DNA of 64,000 nt, taken from assembly GCA_030532575.1 (NCBI GenBank), contig JAUNKV010000004.1:53243-117242 (forward strand), in the 5' to 3' direction. Below are positions 24,071 to 33,575 of this stretch, piece after piece. The DNA is from Propionibacteriaceae bacterium. GTDB taxonomy: Bacteria; Actinomycetota; Actinomycetes; Propionibacteriales; Propionibacteriaceae. Below the pieces are notes generated by a model. That model was not told where the DNA came from and did not search any database. It saw nothing but the letters and a program-made list of their open reading frames with translations. Made by a program: the position numbers and the translations under genes. Position 1 is the first letter of the stretch, and every line of letters begins with the position of its first letter.

Positions 24071-24909
24071 CCGCCCATCCTGCCACGTCGGGCCAGGCAG
24101 TGTCTGGGTCGGCCTGCGAGATCACGCACCGTGCGGGCCCGGACGAAATCCGGGGGTGCGAACAGCTCCAGGACCTGGGCGGCATGGGATTCATCGTGCT
24201 CCACCGCGATCAGCCCGCCCTCGCGCAGCAACCGGGCTGCCACCTGGCGCACCACCCGCAACGCCGCCAACCCGTCCGCCCCGGCGAAAAGGGCTTCCTG
24301 CGGGTCCCAGGCCACGTCCGGGGGCAGCAGGTCCCGGACGGCCTCGGGAACGTATGGCGGGTTGGCCACCACGACGTCCACCTGAGCGTCGAGGTCGCCG
24401 AACTCCTCGGCCATGTCCCCCAGGCGGCAGTCCACACCGAGCCCATCCAGGTTGCGCAACAACCAGGGCCAGGCCTCGGGGGAACGTTCCACGGCGTGCA
24501 GCTCGAGCCCGCCCCGCTCCGTGGCGAGGCTGTGGGTGATCGCCCCGGAGCCGGCGCACAGTTCGACGACCCGGCGGGCCGTGGGATGCTCCCCGAGGAA
24601 GTGCAGCACCTGATCGACGAGCAGTTCCGTCTCGGGCCTGGGGATGAAGACCCCGGGGCCGACCGCCAGCATCGCGTAGCGAAACGCGGCCTGGCCGGTG
24701 ATGTACTGCACGGGCTCCCCCGCCCTGCGACGCTCCACCAGGTGAGCCACCCGGGCCCGGGCCTCAGGTCCCAGTTCGCGCGTGACCAGTGCTGCGGCAT
24801 CACAGTCGAGCACATGGCACACCAGCCATCGGGCATCCGCCGCCGGGCTGGCGACCCCCGCTGCCGCGAGCTGCTCCGCGGCCTCCAGCACCACGTCCCA
24901 GGCCCGCAT
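24067..24909 (-). CDS. prmC: Release factor glutamine N5-methyltransferase PrmC (HemK)
   Basis: 'VVANPPYVP' NPPY motif. Overlaps the prfA stop. Confidence 0.85.
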   Translation of the reverse strand: MRAWDVVLEAAEQLAAAGVASPAADARWLVCHVLDCDAAALVTRELGPEARARVAHLVERRRAGEPVQYITGQAAFRYAMLAVGPGVFIPRPETELLVDQVLHFLGEHPTARRVVELCAGSGAITHSLATERGGLELHAVERSPEAWPWLLRNLDGLGVDCRLGDMAEEFGDLDAQVDVVVANPPYVPEAVRDLLPPDVAWDPQEALFAGADGLAALRVVRQVAARLLREGGLIAVEHDESHAAQVLELFAPPDFVRARTVRDLAGRPRHCLARRGRMGG

Positions 24910-25985
24910 CAGGACCTCGACGACGTGGCCCCGGCCAACCGCTCGGCCAGGTCGGCCTCCGCGAGGGCGTCGAGCACCGGAGCGAGTGCTCCCTGCAGCA
25001 CCAGGTCCAGGTTGTGGGACTTGAAGCCGATGCGGTGGTCCGCGAACCGGTTCTCCGGGAAGTTGTAGGTGCGGATGCGCTCAGAACGATCCACGGTACG
25101 CACCTGGGACCTGCGGGCCGCCGATGCCGCCTCGGCCGCCTCGGCCTCGGCAATGGCTGCGAGCCTGGCGCGCAACATCCGCAGCGCCTGCTCCCGGTTC
25201 TGCAGCTGGGAGCGCTCGTTCTGGCAGCTCACCACCACCCCGGAGGGCAGGTGCGTGATGCGTACCGCGGAGTCGGTGGTGTTGACCCCCTGGCCCCCGG
25301 GGCCGGAGGCCCTGAAGACGTCGATCCTCAGGTCCTGCTCGCTCACCTGCACCTCCTCGGCCTCGACGTCCGGGGAGACCAGCACCCCCACCGCCGAGGT
25401 GTGGATGCGACCCTGGGTCTCGGTGACGGGGACCCGCTGCACACGGTGCACCCCACCCTCGAACTTCAACCGGCCGTAGGGACCCACCCCGTCGATGGCC
25501 GCCCCCTTGACGGCGATGGTGACGGACTTGAAGCCGCCGAGATCGGTCACCTGGGCGTCCAGCACCTCCACCTTCCACCCGATGGCCTCGGCATGACGCT
25601 GGTACATCCGCAGCAGGTCACCGGCGAACAGGGCGGATTCCTCGCCCCCCTCCCCCGATTTGATCTCCAGGATGGCGTCCACGTCGTCGTTCGGGTCACG
25701 AGGGGCCAGCAGCCGGGTCAGCCGTGCAGCGATCTCGTCGAGTCGTCGCCGCAGCTCCTCGGCCTCCTCAGCGAAGGAGTCATCGCTCTTGCCCAGTTCC
25801 TCGGCCGCCTCCAGGTCGGCAGCCGTCTCACGATGGCTGGCCAGTGCCTCCACGATGGGGCGAAGCGCAGCGTAACGCCGACCGACCCGGCGCATCAGCA
25901 CCGGGTCGGCATGGGTGGCGGGGTCCGCCAGCTGTGCCTCCAACCGGTCGAATTCCTCGACCAGAGGCGCTGCGGATTCAAACAC
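24909..25985 (-). CDS. prfA: Peptide chain release factor 1
   Basis: '[22 protein letters not shown]' GGQ motif. A PAT-type tripeptide context expected for RF1. Confidence 0.95.
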   Translation of the reverse strand: MFESAAPLVEEFDRLEAQLADPATHADPVLMRRVGRRYAALRPIVEALASHRETAADLEAAEELGKSDDSFAEEAEELRRRLDEIAARLTRLLAPRDPNDDVDAILEIKSGEGGEESALFAGDLLRMYQRHAEAIGWKVEVLDAQVTDLGGFKSVTIAVKGAAIDGVGPYGRLKFEGGVHRVQRVPVTETQGRIHTSAVGVLVSPDVEAEEVQVSEQDLRIDVFRASGPGGQGVNTTDSAVRITHLPSGVVVSCQNERSQLQNREQALRMLRARLAAIAEAEAAEAASAARRSQVRTVDRSERIRTYNFPENRFADHRIGFKSHNLDLVLQGALAPVLDALAEADLAERLAGATSSRS

Positions 25986-25994
25986 CGAGCAGGG

Positions 25995-26204
25995 TCACTT
26001 CTTCTTGGCGTACATCCGCTCGAAGCGGGCGACACGGCCACCGGTGTCCAGGATCTTCTGCTTCCCGGTGTAGAAGGGGTGGCACTCAGCGCACACGTCT
26101 GCACTCAGGGAGCCCTTGACGGCGGTGCTGCGCGTGGTGAAACGGTTGCCGCAGGTGCAGTGCACCTCGGTCTCGACGTAATCGGGATGGATTCCCTGCT
26201 TCAT
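25995..26204 (-). CDS. rpmE: 50S ribosomal protein L31 (zinc-ribbon type)
   Basis: 'MKQGIHPDY...CTCG...[10 protein letters not shown]'. Confidence 0.9.
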   Translation of the reverse strand: MKQGIHPDYVETEVHCTCGNRFTTRSTAVKGSLSADVCAECHPFYTGKQKILDTGGRVARFERMYAKKK

Positions 26205-26314
26205 GGTCTTCTCCTGTTCGTGGTTTCCCCGGGTCGCCCTCACGCCGTGGCGTGATGTGGGCGTGAACCGGCACAAGCTGCAATTGTGCCACCAAGGGGC
26301 ACAGCTTCCAAACC

Positions 26315-28054
26315 TCAGCCGTCCTGGGCCGGGGTGGTCTTGAGGACGCTGAGCAGGAACTCGTGGTTGTTCTGTGTCTTGCGCATCCGGGCGAGCAGCG
26401 TCTCGAGGGCGGCCTGGTCGTCCAGCCCGGACAAGGCCCGACGCAGCTTCCAGATGATGTTCAGCTCGTCGCGTCCCAGCAACAGGTCCTCACGCCGGGT
26501 GCCGGAGGCGTCCACGTCGATGGCGGGGAAGATGCGCTTGTCCGCGAGCTGACGGGCGAGCCGGAGCTCCATGTTGCCCGTTCCCTTGAACTCCTCGAAG
26601 ATCACCTCGTCCATCCGGGAGCCGGTCTCGATCAGGGCCGTGGCCAGGATGGTGAGCGAGCCGCCGTTCTCGATGTTGCGGGCTGCACCGAAGAACTTCT
26701 TCGGCGGGTACAGCGCAGCCGAGTCCACACCGCCGGAGAGGATTCGTCCCGAGGCCGGTGCGGCGAGGTTGTAGGCGCGACCGAGCCGCGTGATGCCGTC
26801 CAACAGCACCACCACGTCGTGCCCCAGCTCCACGAGGCGCTTGGCGCGCTCGATTGCCAGCTCCGCGACCACGGTGTGATCCTCGGCAGGGCGGTCGAAG
26901 GTGGAGGCGATGACCTCGCCGGAGACGGTGCGCTGGAAATCCGTGACCTCCTCGGGCCGCTCATCCACCAGCACCACCATGAGGTGGACCTCGGGGTTGT
27001 TCGCGGCGATGGCGTTGGCGATGTTCTGCATCACCATCGTCTTGCCCGCCTTGGGCGGGGAGACGATCAGGCCACGCTGGCCCTTGCCGATGGGGGCCAC
27101 CAGGTCAATCACCCGGCCGGTGAGCTGGGTGCCGACGGTCTCCAGGCGCAGCTTCTGCTGCGGGTAGAGCGGGGTGAGTTTGGCGAATTCAGGACGCCCC
27201 TTGGCCTTCTCGGGGTCGTCGCCGTTGATGGAGTCGATGCGCACCAGTGGGTTGTACTTCTCCTTCCGCTCCCCCTCGCGTGGGGTGCGGATGGCCCCGA
27301 CGATGACATCGCCACGACGCAGTCCGAAGCGTCGCACCATCGGCAGCGGCAAGTAGGCGTCGTTGGGGCCGGGAAGGTACCCGGTGGTACGGACGAAGGC
27401 GTAGTTGTCGAGGATGTCGACGATGCCGGAGACGGCAGCCAGCACGTCATCCTCCGCCACCGTGGGTTCCGAGTCGAAGCGCTCGAAGCCCGCCGATCCA
27501 CGGTTGCGACGGTTCTGACGTTCCCGGTTGCGACGACGACGGCTACGGCGGCTGCCGTTGTCATCGTCGTCGAGACGGCTGGCACCGGAACTTGCCGGAG
27601 GCAGGGCCGGTGGGGTGGCAGGCTGCCCGAGGGCCAAGGCCAGACGCTCGCCCACCTCCTCGTTCGTGGCCTCCTGGGCCGCCCTGTCGCGGTCCCGGTT
27701 GCGACGACGGCGGTTGCGCAACACCTCGGCACCACTCTCGGAACCTGAATGGTCCGCCCTGGGATGCGCCCTCTCCGTAGGCTTCTCAACGCTCCCCGAG
27801 GGCTCGGCGTGGGAGCTCTGGGCTCCCTTGGCCTGGAGCAGTTCAGGCTGTTCGGGCTGCGACTGCCGACTGCCCTTCGCACGCTCCGCCGCAGAGGTCG
27901 AGGGCCTGCGCACGGGGCGGGCGTTGTTGGTGATGGCTTCGATGAGATCACCCTTGCGCATCGTGGAGACGCCCTTGAGCCCCATGTCCGAGGCCATCTT
28001 CTTGAGCTCGGGGAGTTTCAGGCTCGCCAGGGTGTTGGTGCCGGATTCGGTCAC
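26315..28054 (-). CDS. rho: Transcription termination factor Rho (actinobacterial type with Arg/Asp-rich N-terminal insertion)
   Basis: P-loop '[17 protein letters not shown]'. Start taken at GTG 28054 ('[28 protein letters not shown]'). An upstream ATG at 28147 is possible. Confidence 0.85.
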   Translation of the reverse strand: MTESGTNTLASLKLPELKKMASDMGLKGVSTMRKGDLIEAITNNARPVRRPSTSAAERAKGSRQSQPEQPELLQAKGAQSSHAEPSGSVEKPTERAHPRADHSGSESGAEVLRNRRRRNRDRDRAAQEATNEEVGERLALALGQPATPPALPPASSGASRLDDDDNGSRRSRRRRNRERQNRRNRGSAGFERFDSEPTVAEDDVLAAVSGIVDILDNYAFVRTTGYLPGPNDAYLPLPMVRRFGLRRGDVIVGAIRTPREGERKEKYNPLVRIDSINGDDPEKAKGRPEFAKLTPLYPQQKLRLETVGTQLTGRVIDLVAPIGKGQRGLIVSPPKAGKTMVMQNIANAIAANNPEVHLMVVLVDERPEEVTDFQRTVSGEVIASTFDRPAEDHTVVAELAIERAKRLVELGHDVVVLLDGITRLGRAYNLAAPASGRILSGGVDSAALYPPKKFFGAARNIENGGSLTILATALIETGSRMDEVIFEEFKGTGNMELRLARQLADKRIFPAIDVDASGTRREDLLLGRDELNIIWKLRRALSGLDDQAALETLLARMRKTQNNHEFLLSVLKTTPAQDG

Positions 28055-28179
28055 GGAGTGCCTTTCCAAAATTTCTGGACACCGGGAATGCAGAACTGAA
28101 GGTCCCGGTTGTGCTGAGGTCACTGTGCGATTCTCGGTGGCAGACATTCCCACCGGCGCTACAGATGACTGCTGCGAGT

Positions 28180-29067
28180 TTAGCACACAATTGCGGCCAC
28201 GCCCTGCCCGATCCCAAGATCGTGGCGGGTGAACCCGTCGTGCCCCACCTCAGCCGCGGCCGCCAGCTGCCCCGGCAGGCCGAGGGCGAACACCGTCGGC
28301 CCCGCGCCGGAGATCGTGGCCGGGACGCCGTGGTCCCGCAGCCGGTTCATCAGCTCCCAGGACTGGGGCATGAGTTCGGCCCGGTGGGATTGGTGCAGCC
28401 GATCCCGGGTGGCACTCAGCAGCAGATCAGGGCGCTGCTCCAGGGCCTTCGGCAGGCTGGCCGCCCTGATGGCCTGGGCGACGGCGTCACTGCGGGTGAC
28501 CACCTCGGGCAGCACCGCTCTGGCCCCCGAGGTGGGGACCTCGAAATCCGGGACCAGGGCGAGGCAGCCCAGCCCCGAGGCCGGTTCCAGCCGGATCACC
28601 TCCACCTCCTGGCCTTCGATCCAGGCAAGGATCGCCCCGCCCCACACCGCGGCGGCGGCGTTGTCGGGGTGTCCCTCCAGCAGGGAGGCCACTTTGGCCA
28701 GCTCCGGGCGATCCAGCTCCTTCTCGGGCCAGGCCAGGGCGTGGGCCAGCGCACAACCTGCGGCGATGGCCGCTGCCGAGGAACCCAGCCCCCTGGCGTG
28801 CGGGATGGTGTTGTGGGCGCTGAGCCTCAGCCCTGCCGGGCCGGGAACCTGCCACAGCTTCAGGCAGTGCCGGATCGTCGCGATCACGAGATGACTCGCG
28901 TCCAGGGGAACCTGCGCGGCCCCCTCGCCGGTCACCTCGATCTCCACCCCGGGGGTGTCACTGGTCTCGAGGGTCAGCTCGTCGTACCAGTCCACCGCCA
29001 GACCGACGCAGTCGAAACCGGATCCCAGGTTCGCCGTGGTGGCCGGGACCCGGACCTTCACCCTCAT
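28180..29067 (-). CDS. thrB: Homoserine kinase
   Basis: 'PATTANLGSGFDCVGLAV' GHMP-kinase motif. ATG at 29067 overlaps the hom stop (ATGA). Confidence 0.85.
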   Translation of the reverse strand: MRVKVRVPATTANLGSGFDCVGLAVDWYDELTLETSDTPGVEIEVTGEGAAQVPLDASHLVIATIRHCLKLWQVPGPAGLRLSAHNTIPHARGLGSSAAAIAAGCALAHALAWPEKELDRPELAKVASLLEGHPDNAAAAVWGGAILAWIEGQEVEVIRLEPASGLGCLALVPDFEVPTSGARAVLPEVVTRSDAVAQAIRAASLPKALEQRPDLLLSATRDRLHQSHRAELMPQSWELMNRLRDHGVPATISGAGPTVFALGLPGQLAAAAEVGHDGFTRHDLGIGQGVAAIVC

Positions 29068-30377
29068 CCGCCCTCGATGCGCATGTAGTTGATGTCCTCT
29101 CCGACGAAGCTCGCCCCACGCAACTCCGCGATGACCGCCTGCAGGTCGGACTCCCGGGCCTCGTGGGTCATGAGGTTGAGCCGCGCGGTGAAGCCGTCGG
29201 TACGACCCAGCCCTTCGAGGTAGGACTGCTGGCAGGTCTGCAGTGAGACCCGGTTGTTGCCGAAGATGGTGGCGCACTTGGCCAGCACACCTGGCCTGTC
29301 CTGCACCTGGAAGCTGATGTGATAACTGCTCGTCGCCTCCCCGATGGGGGCCACGCCTCGCTTGGTGTAGCCGGTCCCCAGATGGCTCGCGGTGCCCCGG
29401 ACCCGGTTGCGGGCCACCGTCACGACGTCCCCCATCACCGCCGAGGCCGTCGGCGCGCCACCGGCTCCCTGCCCGAGGAACATCAGCTGCCCGGCCTCCA
29501 CCGATTCCACGAAGATCGCGTTGTAGGCCCCCGAGACCGAGGCCAGCGGGTGGGTCTTGGGCACCATCGCGGGATGGACCTTGACGATGACCCGGTCGTC
29601 ATCGGTCAGGGTCGCCACCGCCAGGAGCTTGATGACGCAACCCATCAGGTCGGCGGCGTGGATGTCCTCCTGGGTGACCTTCGCGATTCCCTCACAGAAC
29701 ACCTCGGAGCGGTTCACCGAGGTGTGGAAGGCCAGCCCGGCCAGGATCGCCGCCTTGGCCGCGGCATCATGGCCCTCGACGTCGGCAGTGGGGTCCGCCT
29801 CCGCGAAGCCCAGTTCCTGGGCCTGCTTCAGCGCGACCTCGAAGCTCAGGCGGTTGGTGGTCATCTGGTCGAGGATGTAGTTCGTGGTGCCGTTGACGAT
29901 TCCCATCACCGTGCGGATCTCATCCCCGACCAAGGACTCCCGAAGTGGCCGGATGATCGGGATGGCACCGGCAACGGCGGCCTCGTAGTAGAGATCCACC
30001 CCGCCTGCCCGCGCGACCGCGCTGAGTTCCGCCCCCTGTTCGGCCAGCAGGGCCTTGTTCGCGGTGATGACGGAGGCCCCGGCGTTCATCGCCTCGGTCA
30101 GCAACGTCGCGGCGGGTTCGATCCCCCCGATCACCTCGATGACGAGATCGAGGTCTCCGCGCTGCACCAGGGCGTGGACATCCGTGGTGAACAGCGCCGG
30201 ATCGATACCGGGACGCTTGGTGTCGATCCGGCGCACCCCGATCCCCACCAGCTCCAGGGGACGACCGATCCGCTGCCGGAGCTGTTCGGCCTCGTTGGTG
30301 ATGATCCGAGCCACCTGGGAGCCGACCACCCCCGCCCCGAGCAACGCCACCTTCAATGGCGCCGTGTCCTCCGCCAT
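29064..30377 (-). CDS. hom: Homoserine dehydrogenase (with C-terminal ACT domain)
   Basis: 'KVALLGAGVVGSQV' NAD-binding motif. ATG at 30377. Confidence 0.9.
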   Translation of the reverse strand: MAEDTAPLKVALLGAGVVGSQVARIITNEAEQLRQRIGRPLELVGIGVRRIDTKRPGIDPALFTTDVHALVQRGDLDLVIEVIGGIEPAATLLTEAMNAGASVITANKALLAEQGAELSAVARAGGVDLYYEAAVAGAIPIIRPLRESLVGDEIRTVMGIVNGTTNYILDQMTTNRLSFEVALKQAQELGFAEADPTADVEGHDAAAKAAILAGLAFHTSVNRSEVFCEGIAKVTQEDIHAADLMGCVIKLLAVATLTDDDRVIVKVHPAMVPKTHPLASVSGAYNAIFVESVEAGQLMFLGQGAGGAPTASAVMGDVVTVARNRVRGTASHLGTGYTKRGVAPIGEATSSYHISFQVQDRPGVLAKCATIFGNNRVSLQTCQQSYLEGLGRTDGFTARLNLMTHEARESDLQAVIAELRGASFVGEDINYMRIEGG

Positions 30378-30379
30378 TT

Positions 30380-31783
30380 TCACTCCCCTACGTCCAGACG
30401 CATCATGTCGTCGAGGGTCTCGCGGCGCAGCATGGTGCGGACCCGCCCCTCGGCAACCGCCACCATGGGCGGTTTCGGAAGCTGATTGTAGTTGCTCGCC
30501 ATCGAGCGGCAATACGCTCCGACCCCCGGCACCGCGATGAGATCACCCGGTGCGATGTCGCGGGGCAGGAACACGTCACGGATCAGGATGTCTCCCCCCT
30601 CGCAGTGCTTGCCGACCACCCTGCTGAGCACCGGGTCTGCATCGCTCGCCCGGTTGGCCAGGGCGCAGGAGTACTCGGCGGCGTAGAGCGCGGGGCGGAT
30701 GTTGTCACTCATCCCGCCGTCCACCGAGACATAGGTGCGGCTGCGTCCATTGTCGAGTTCGACCACCTTGACCGTACCGACCTCGTAGAGCGCCACCCCG
30801 GAAGGCCCGCAGATGGCGCGCCCGGGCTCGATGCTGAGCTGAGGGCGGGTGATCTGGAAGGCGCGGCACTCGTGGTCAAGAATCTCCTCGAAGGCCCGGG
30901 CCAGGTCCGCGGTGCTCTTCGGGGAGTCCGCCTCGGTGTAGGCGATACCGAAACCGCCGCCCAGATCGAGCTCGGACAGCTCCACCCCCGTGGCGGTTCG
31001 GAACTGCTCGGCGAGCTTCAGGGTGCGCCGGATCGCCACCTCGAAGCCATGGGTCTCGAAGATCTGGGAGCCGATGTGGGAGTGGATACCTCGCAGTTCC
31101 ATGTGCGGGGAGGACTGACAGCGCACCAGGGCGGCCAGCGCGTGCCCGCCGAGGATCGACAACCCGAACTTCTGGTCCTCGTGGGCCGTGGCGATGTACT
31201 CGTGGGTGTGGGCCTCGACCCCGGTGGTGACCCGCACCAGCACCTTGGCGACGACTCCGAGCTCCGTGCAGGCCCGCTCGATCCGATCAATCTCGTTGAA
31301 CGAGTCGACGATGATGCGCCCGACCCCGCTCTCGAGCGCGAAGCGGATCTCCTCGAAGGACTTGTTGTTGCCGTGGAACCCGAGCCGCTCTGCGGGCATC
31401 CCACCGGAAAGCGCGATGTGCATCTCGCCCATCGTGGTGACATCGAGGCCCAGACCCTCCTCGGCGACCCAGCGCACGATGGTGCGGGTCAGCAGCGCCT
31501 TTCCGGCGTAGTAGACCTGCCATCCCGCGAAGCTGTCCCGGAACGCACGGGCCCGCGTGCGGAAGTCGGTCTCGTCGATGACGTAGACCGGGGTGCCCTG
31601 CTGCTCGGCGATCTCGGTCAGGGGGAGGCCACCGACCCTGATCCGCCCCTGGGCGTCGCGTTCGGTTCCCTCCGGCCACAGCTGCTGCTGCAGGGCGTTG
31701 AGATCCGTCGGCAGGGTGAGCCACTGCGGCCCACCCTGGGCGACATCCGCGTGGATCGCCCCGGCGATGTGCGTGTGTGTCAT
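30380..31783 (-). CDS. lysA: Diaminopimelate decarboxylase
   Basis: Fold-III PLP decarboxylase with 'EPGRAI' and 'GGGFGIAY' motifs. Confidence 0.9.
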   Translation of the reverse strand: MTHTHIAGAIHADVAQGGPQWLTLPTDLNALQQQLWPEGTERDAQGRIRVGGLPLTEIAEQQGTPVYVIDETDFRTRARAFRDSFAGWQVYYAGKALLTRTIVRWVAEEGLGLDVTTMGEMHIALSGGMPAERLGFHGNNKSFEEIRFALESGVGRIIVDSFNEIDRIERACTELGVVAKVLVRVTTGVEAHTHEYIATAHEDQKFGLSILGGHALAALVRCQSSPHMELRGIHSHIGSQIFETHGFEVAIRRTLKLAEQFRTATGVELSELDLGGGFGIAYTEADSPKSTADLARAFEEILDHECRAFQITRPQLSIEPGRAICGPSGVALYEVGTVKVVELDNGRSRTYVSVDGGMSDNIRPALYAAEYSCALANRASDADPVLSRVVGKHCEGGDILIRDVFLPRDIAPGDLIAVPGVGAYCRSMASNYNQLPKPPMVAVAEGRVRTMLRRETLDDMMRLDVGE

Positions 31784-31887
31784 GGCTCCACAGGGTGCCA
31801 GAGCACTCGCCGGGATGCGACCCCCGACTCACCATGTGGCACTTTCGCCTGAGTTTGCTACCCTTTCTCAGGTCGCGTGATCGATGC

Positions 31888-31959
31888 GACGAGTTCAGCC
31901 CCCGTAGCTCAGGGGATAGAGCACCGCCCTCCGGAGGCGGGTGCCGAGGTTCGAATCCT
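31888..31959 (+). tRNA. tRNA-Arg (anticodon CCG)
   Basis: Cloverleaf folded by eye: acceptor GCCCCCG/CGGGGGC, D-arm GCTC..GAGC, anticodon stem CCGCC/GGCGG with loop CTCCGGA, T-arm CGAGG/CCTCG with TTCGAAT loop. Confidence 0.85.
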
Positions 31960-32016
31960 CGCGGGGGCGCTGGACAGCCGGGACCACCGGCACAGCTATC
32001 TCCAGGGGGATCGGGT

Positions 32017-33495
32017 GTGACCACTGCCGCGTCATCACCCACCTCCCCCAGCCGCCGTCTTGGCTGGGGGATCATCCTGATCGGCACCTTCTTGGCCACC
32101 CGGGTGCTCAACATCTGGTTCTGGCGCACACCTGGTGCAGACTTCGTGCAGAACGACGTCTCCTACTACGGCTACTGGCTGTGGTGCCTGCTCGGTGACG
32201 GGGCCGGTCAGCAGCGCTGCGCGGATGCGTTGGCAGGCGCAGGGGTCATGACCGAGTACCCACTGCCCGCCGTGTGGTTCCTGGAGTTGGTCTACACCCT
32301 GGGGTCCCCGCTGCCCGTCTGGCTGCCGTGGGTGCTGCTGGCCCTGGCTGTTGCAGCCGTTGCCTGCCACGCCCTGCTGCGCGCAATGCGTCGGCCACGT
32401 GCCGCCTGCTGCTCCACGGTGTTGCTGCTCCTGATCGCCCTGGGGGTGTGGTTCATCGCAGCACTCCCCCTGCGTCCCGGGGCCTTCAACACCTGGCTGC
32501 CCCTGTTCGCCCTGACCATGCTGTTGCTCGACGGCGTCGTCGCGGTGCTGCTGCATCGGCACGGCTCGCCCCGGGGTGCATTGTTCTGGATCCTCTACAT
32601 CGGCGCCTGTGGTCCCATCGTGTGGTTCCGTTTCGACATCCTCACCGCTGCTGCCGTCGCCCTGGCGTGCCTGTGGCTCACCCGTCATCCCTCGGTCTCC
32701 GGCGCCCTGGTCGGGCTCGGTGCGGCCGTCAAGCTGTGGCCTGCCCTGCTGATCTTCCCGATGGCCTCCTCCGATCCGCAGCGTCCGGGGGCGGCCCGAT
32801 CCCGGGTGGTGGGGTTCCTTGCCCTGGGGGGTCTGCTGGGGTTGGCCTCCCTCATCCTCGGCGGATGGGCACGGTCGGTCTCCCCCATCACCTGGCAGTC
32901 GAACCGGGGATTGCAGATCGAATCCGTACCTGCGACCCCCATCCACATCTTCCGTGCCTGGACCTCGGAGACCAGCTGGTCCCTCGAGTTGAGTCAGTAC
33001 AACGCCATCGAGCTGTTCGGCCCGGCGACCGAGCACCTGCTGCGGGTCTCCTCCCTGCTCACCCTGGCCTCCATCCTGCTCACCGGGTTGTTGACCTGGC
33101 GGTTGTTCCGCAACGTGCCCTCCGAGACCTCCCGGCACCCACAGGCGGTGCTGCTGAGCGTCCTGGCCATCGTCCTGGCCACCATCGTGGCGAACAAGAC
33201 CCTCTCGCCGCAGTACATCCAGTGGCTGGCGGGTCCTCTGGCCGCGCTGCTCGCGCTTCCCGTACGCGGCTGGCTGAGACGCCCCCTGTTCGCCATGTCC
33301 GCCCTGCTGTTCGGGGTCGCGATCCTCACCCACCTCACCTATCCCTGGGCCGCGCAGGGGATCATGGCCCTTCCCAGCCCGGGTGGCCTGGAGGTCGCCT
33401 CGCTGGTGGGGCGCAACCTCCTGCTGATGCTCATCTGTGGCCTGGCATGTGGACTCGCCTGGCGTGCGACAGCCCCATCGTCAAAGTTTCGCTAA
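32017..33495 (+). CDS. GT87/DUF2029-family polytopic membrane glycosyltransferase (mannosyltransferase-like)
   Basis: Many TM helices and a Trp-rich profile. GTG at 32017 with AGGGGGA RBS gives an N-terminal TM ('LGWGIILIGTFLATRVLNIWFW'). The upstream part of the ORF overlaps tRNA-Arg and was rejected. Confidence 0.6.
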   Translation: MTTAASSPTSPSRRLGWGIILIGTFLATRVLNIWFWRTPGADFVQNDVSYYGYWLWCLLGDGAGQQRCADALAGAGVMTEYPLPAVWFLELVYTLGSPLPVWLPWVLLALAVAAVACHALLRAMRRPRAACCSTVLLLLIALGVWFIAALPLRPGAFNTWLPLFALTMLLLDGVVAVLLHRHGSPRGALFWILYIGACGPIVWFRFDILTAAAVALACLWLTRHPSVSGALVGLGAAVKLWPALLIFPMASSDPQRPGAARSRVVGFLALGGLLGLASLILGGWARSVSPITWQSNRGLQIESVPATPIHIFRAWTSETSWSLELSQYNAIELFGPATEHLLRVSSLLTLASILLTGLLTWRLFRNVPSETSRHPQAVLLSVLAIVLATIVANKTLSPQYIQWLAGPLAALLALPVRGWLRRPLFAMSALLFGVAILTHLTYPWAAQGIMALPSPGGLEVASLVGRNLLLMLICGLACGLAWRATAPSSKFR

Positions 33496-33575
33496 GCTGG
33501 CCGCTGGGCGAAGAGGGATCGCCTGTGTTCATTCACTCTCACGTAAGGGGAAAGTGGCTAGCGCCGCTGGCAAAG

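Noticed and set aside
31777-32016. 5' part of ORF 31777..33495 overlapping tRNA-Arg
   Set aside because: A CDS cannot plausibly span a tRNA gene on the same strand. The GTG at 32017 with an RBS yields a TM N-terminus.
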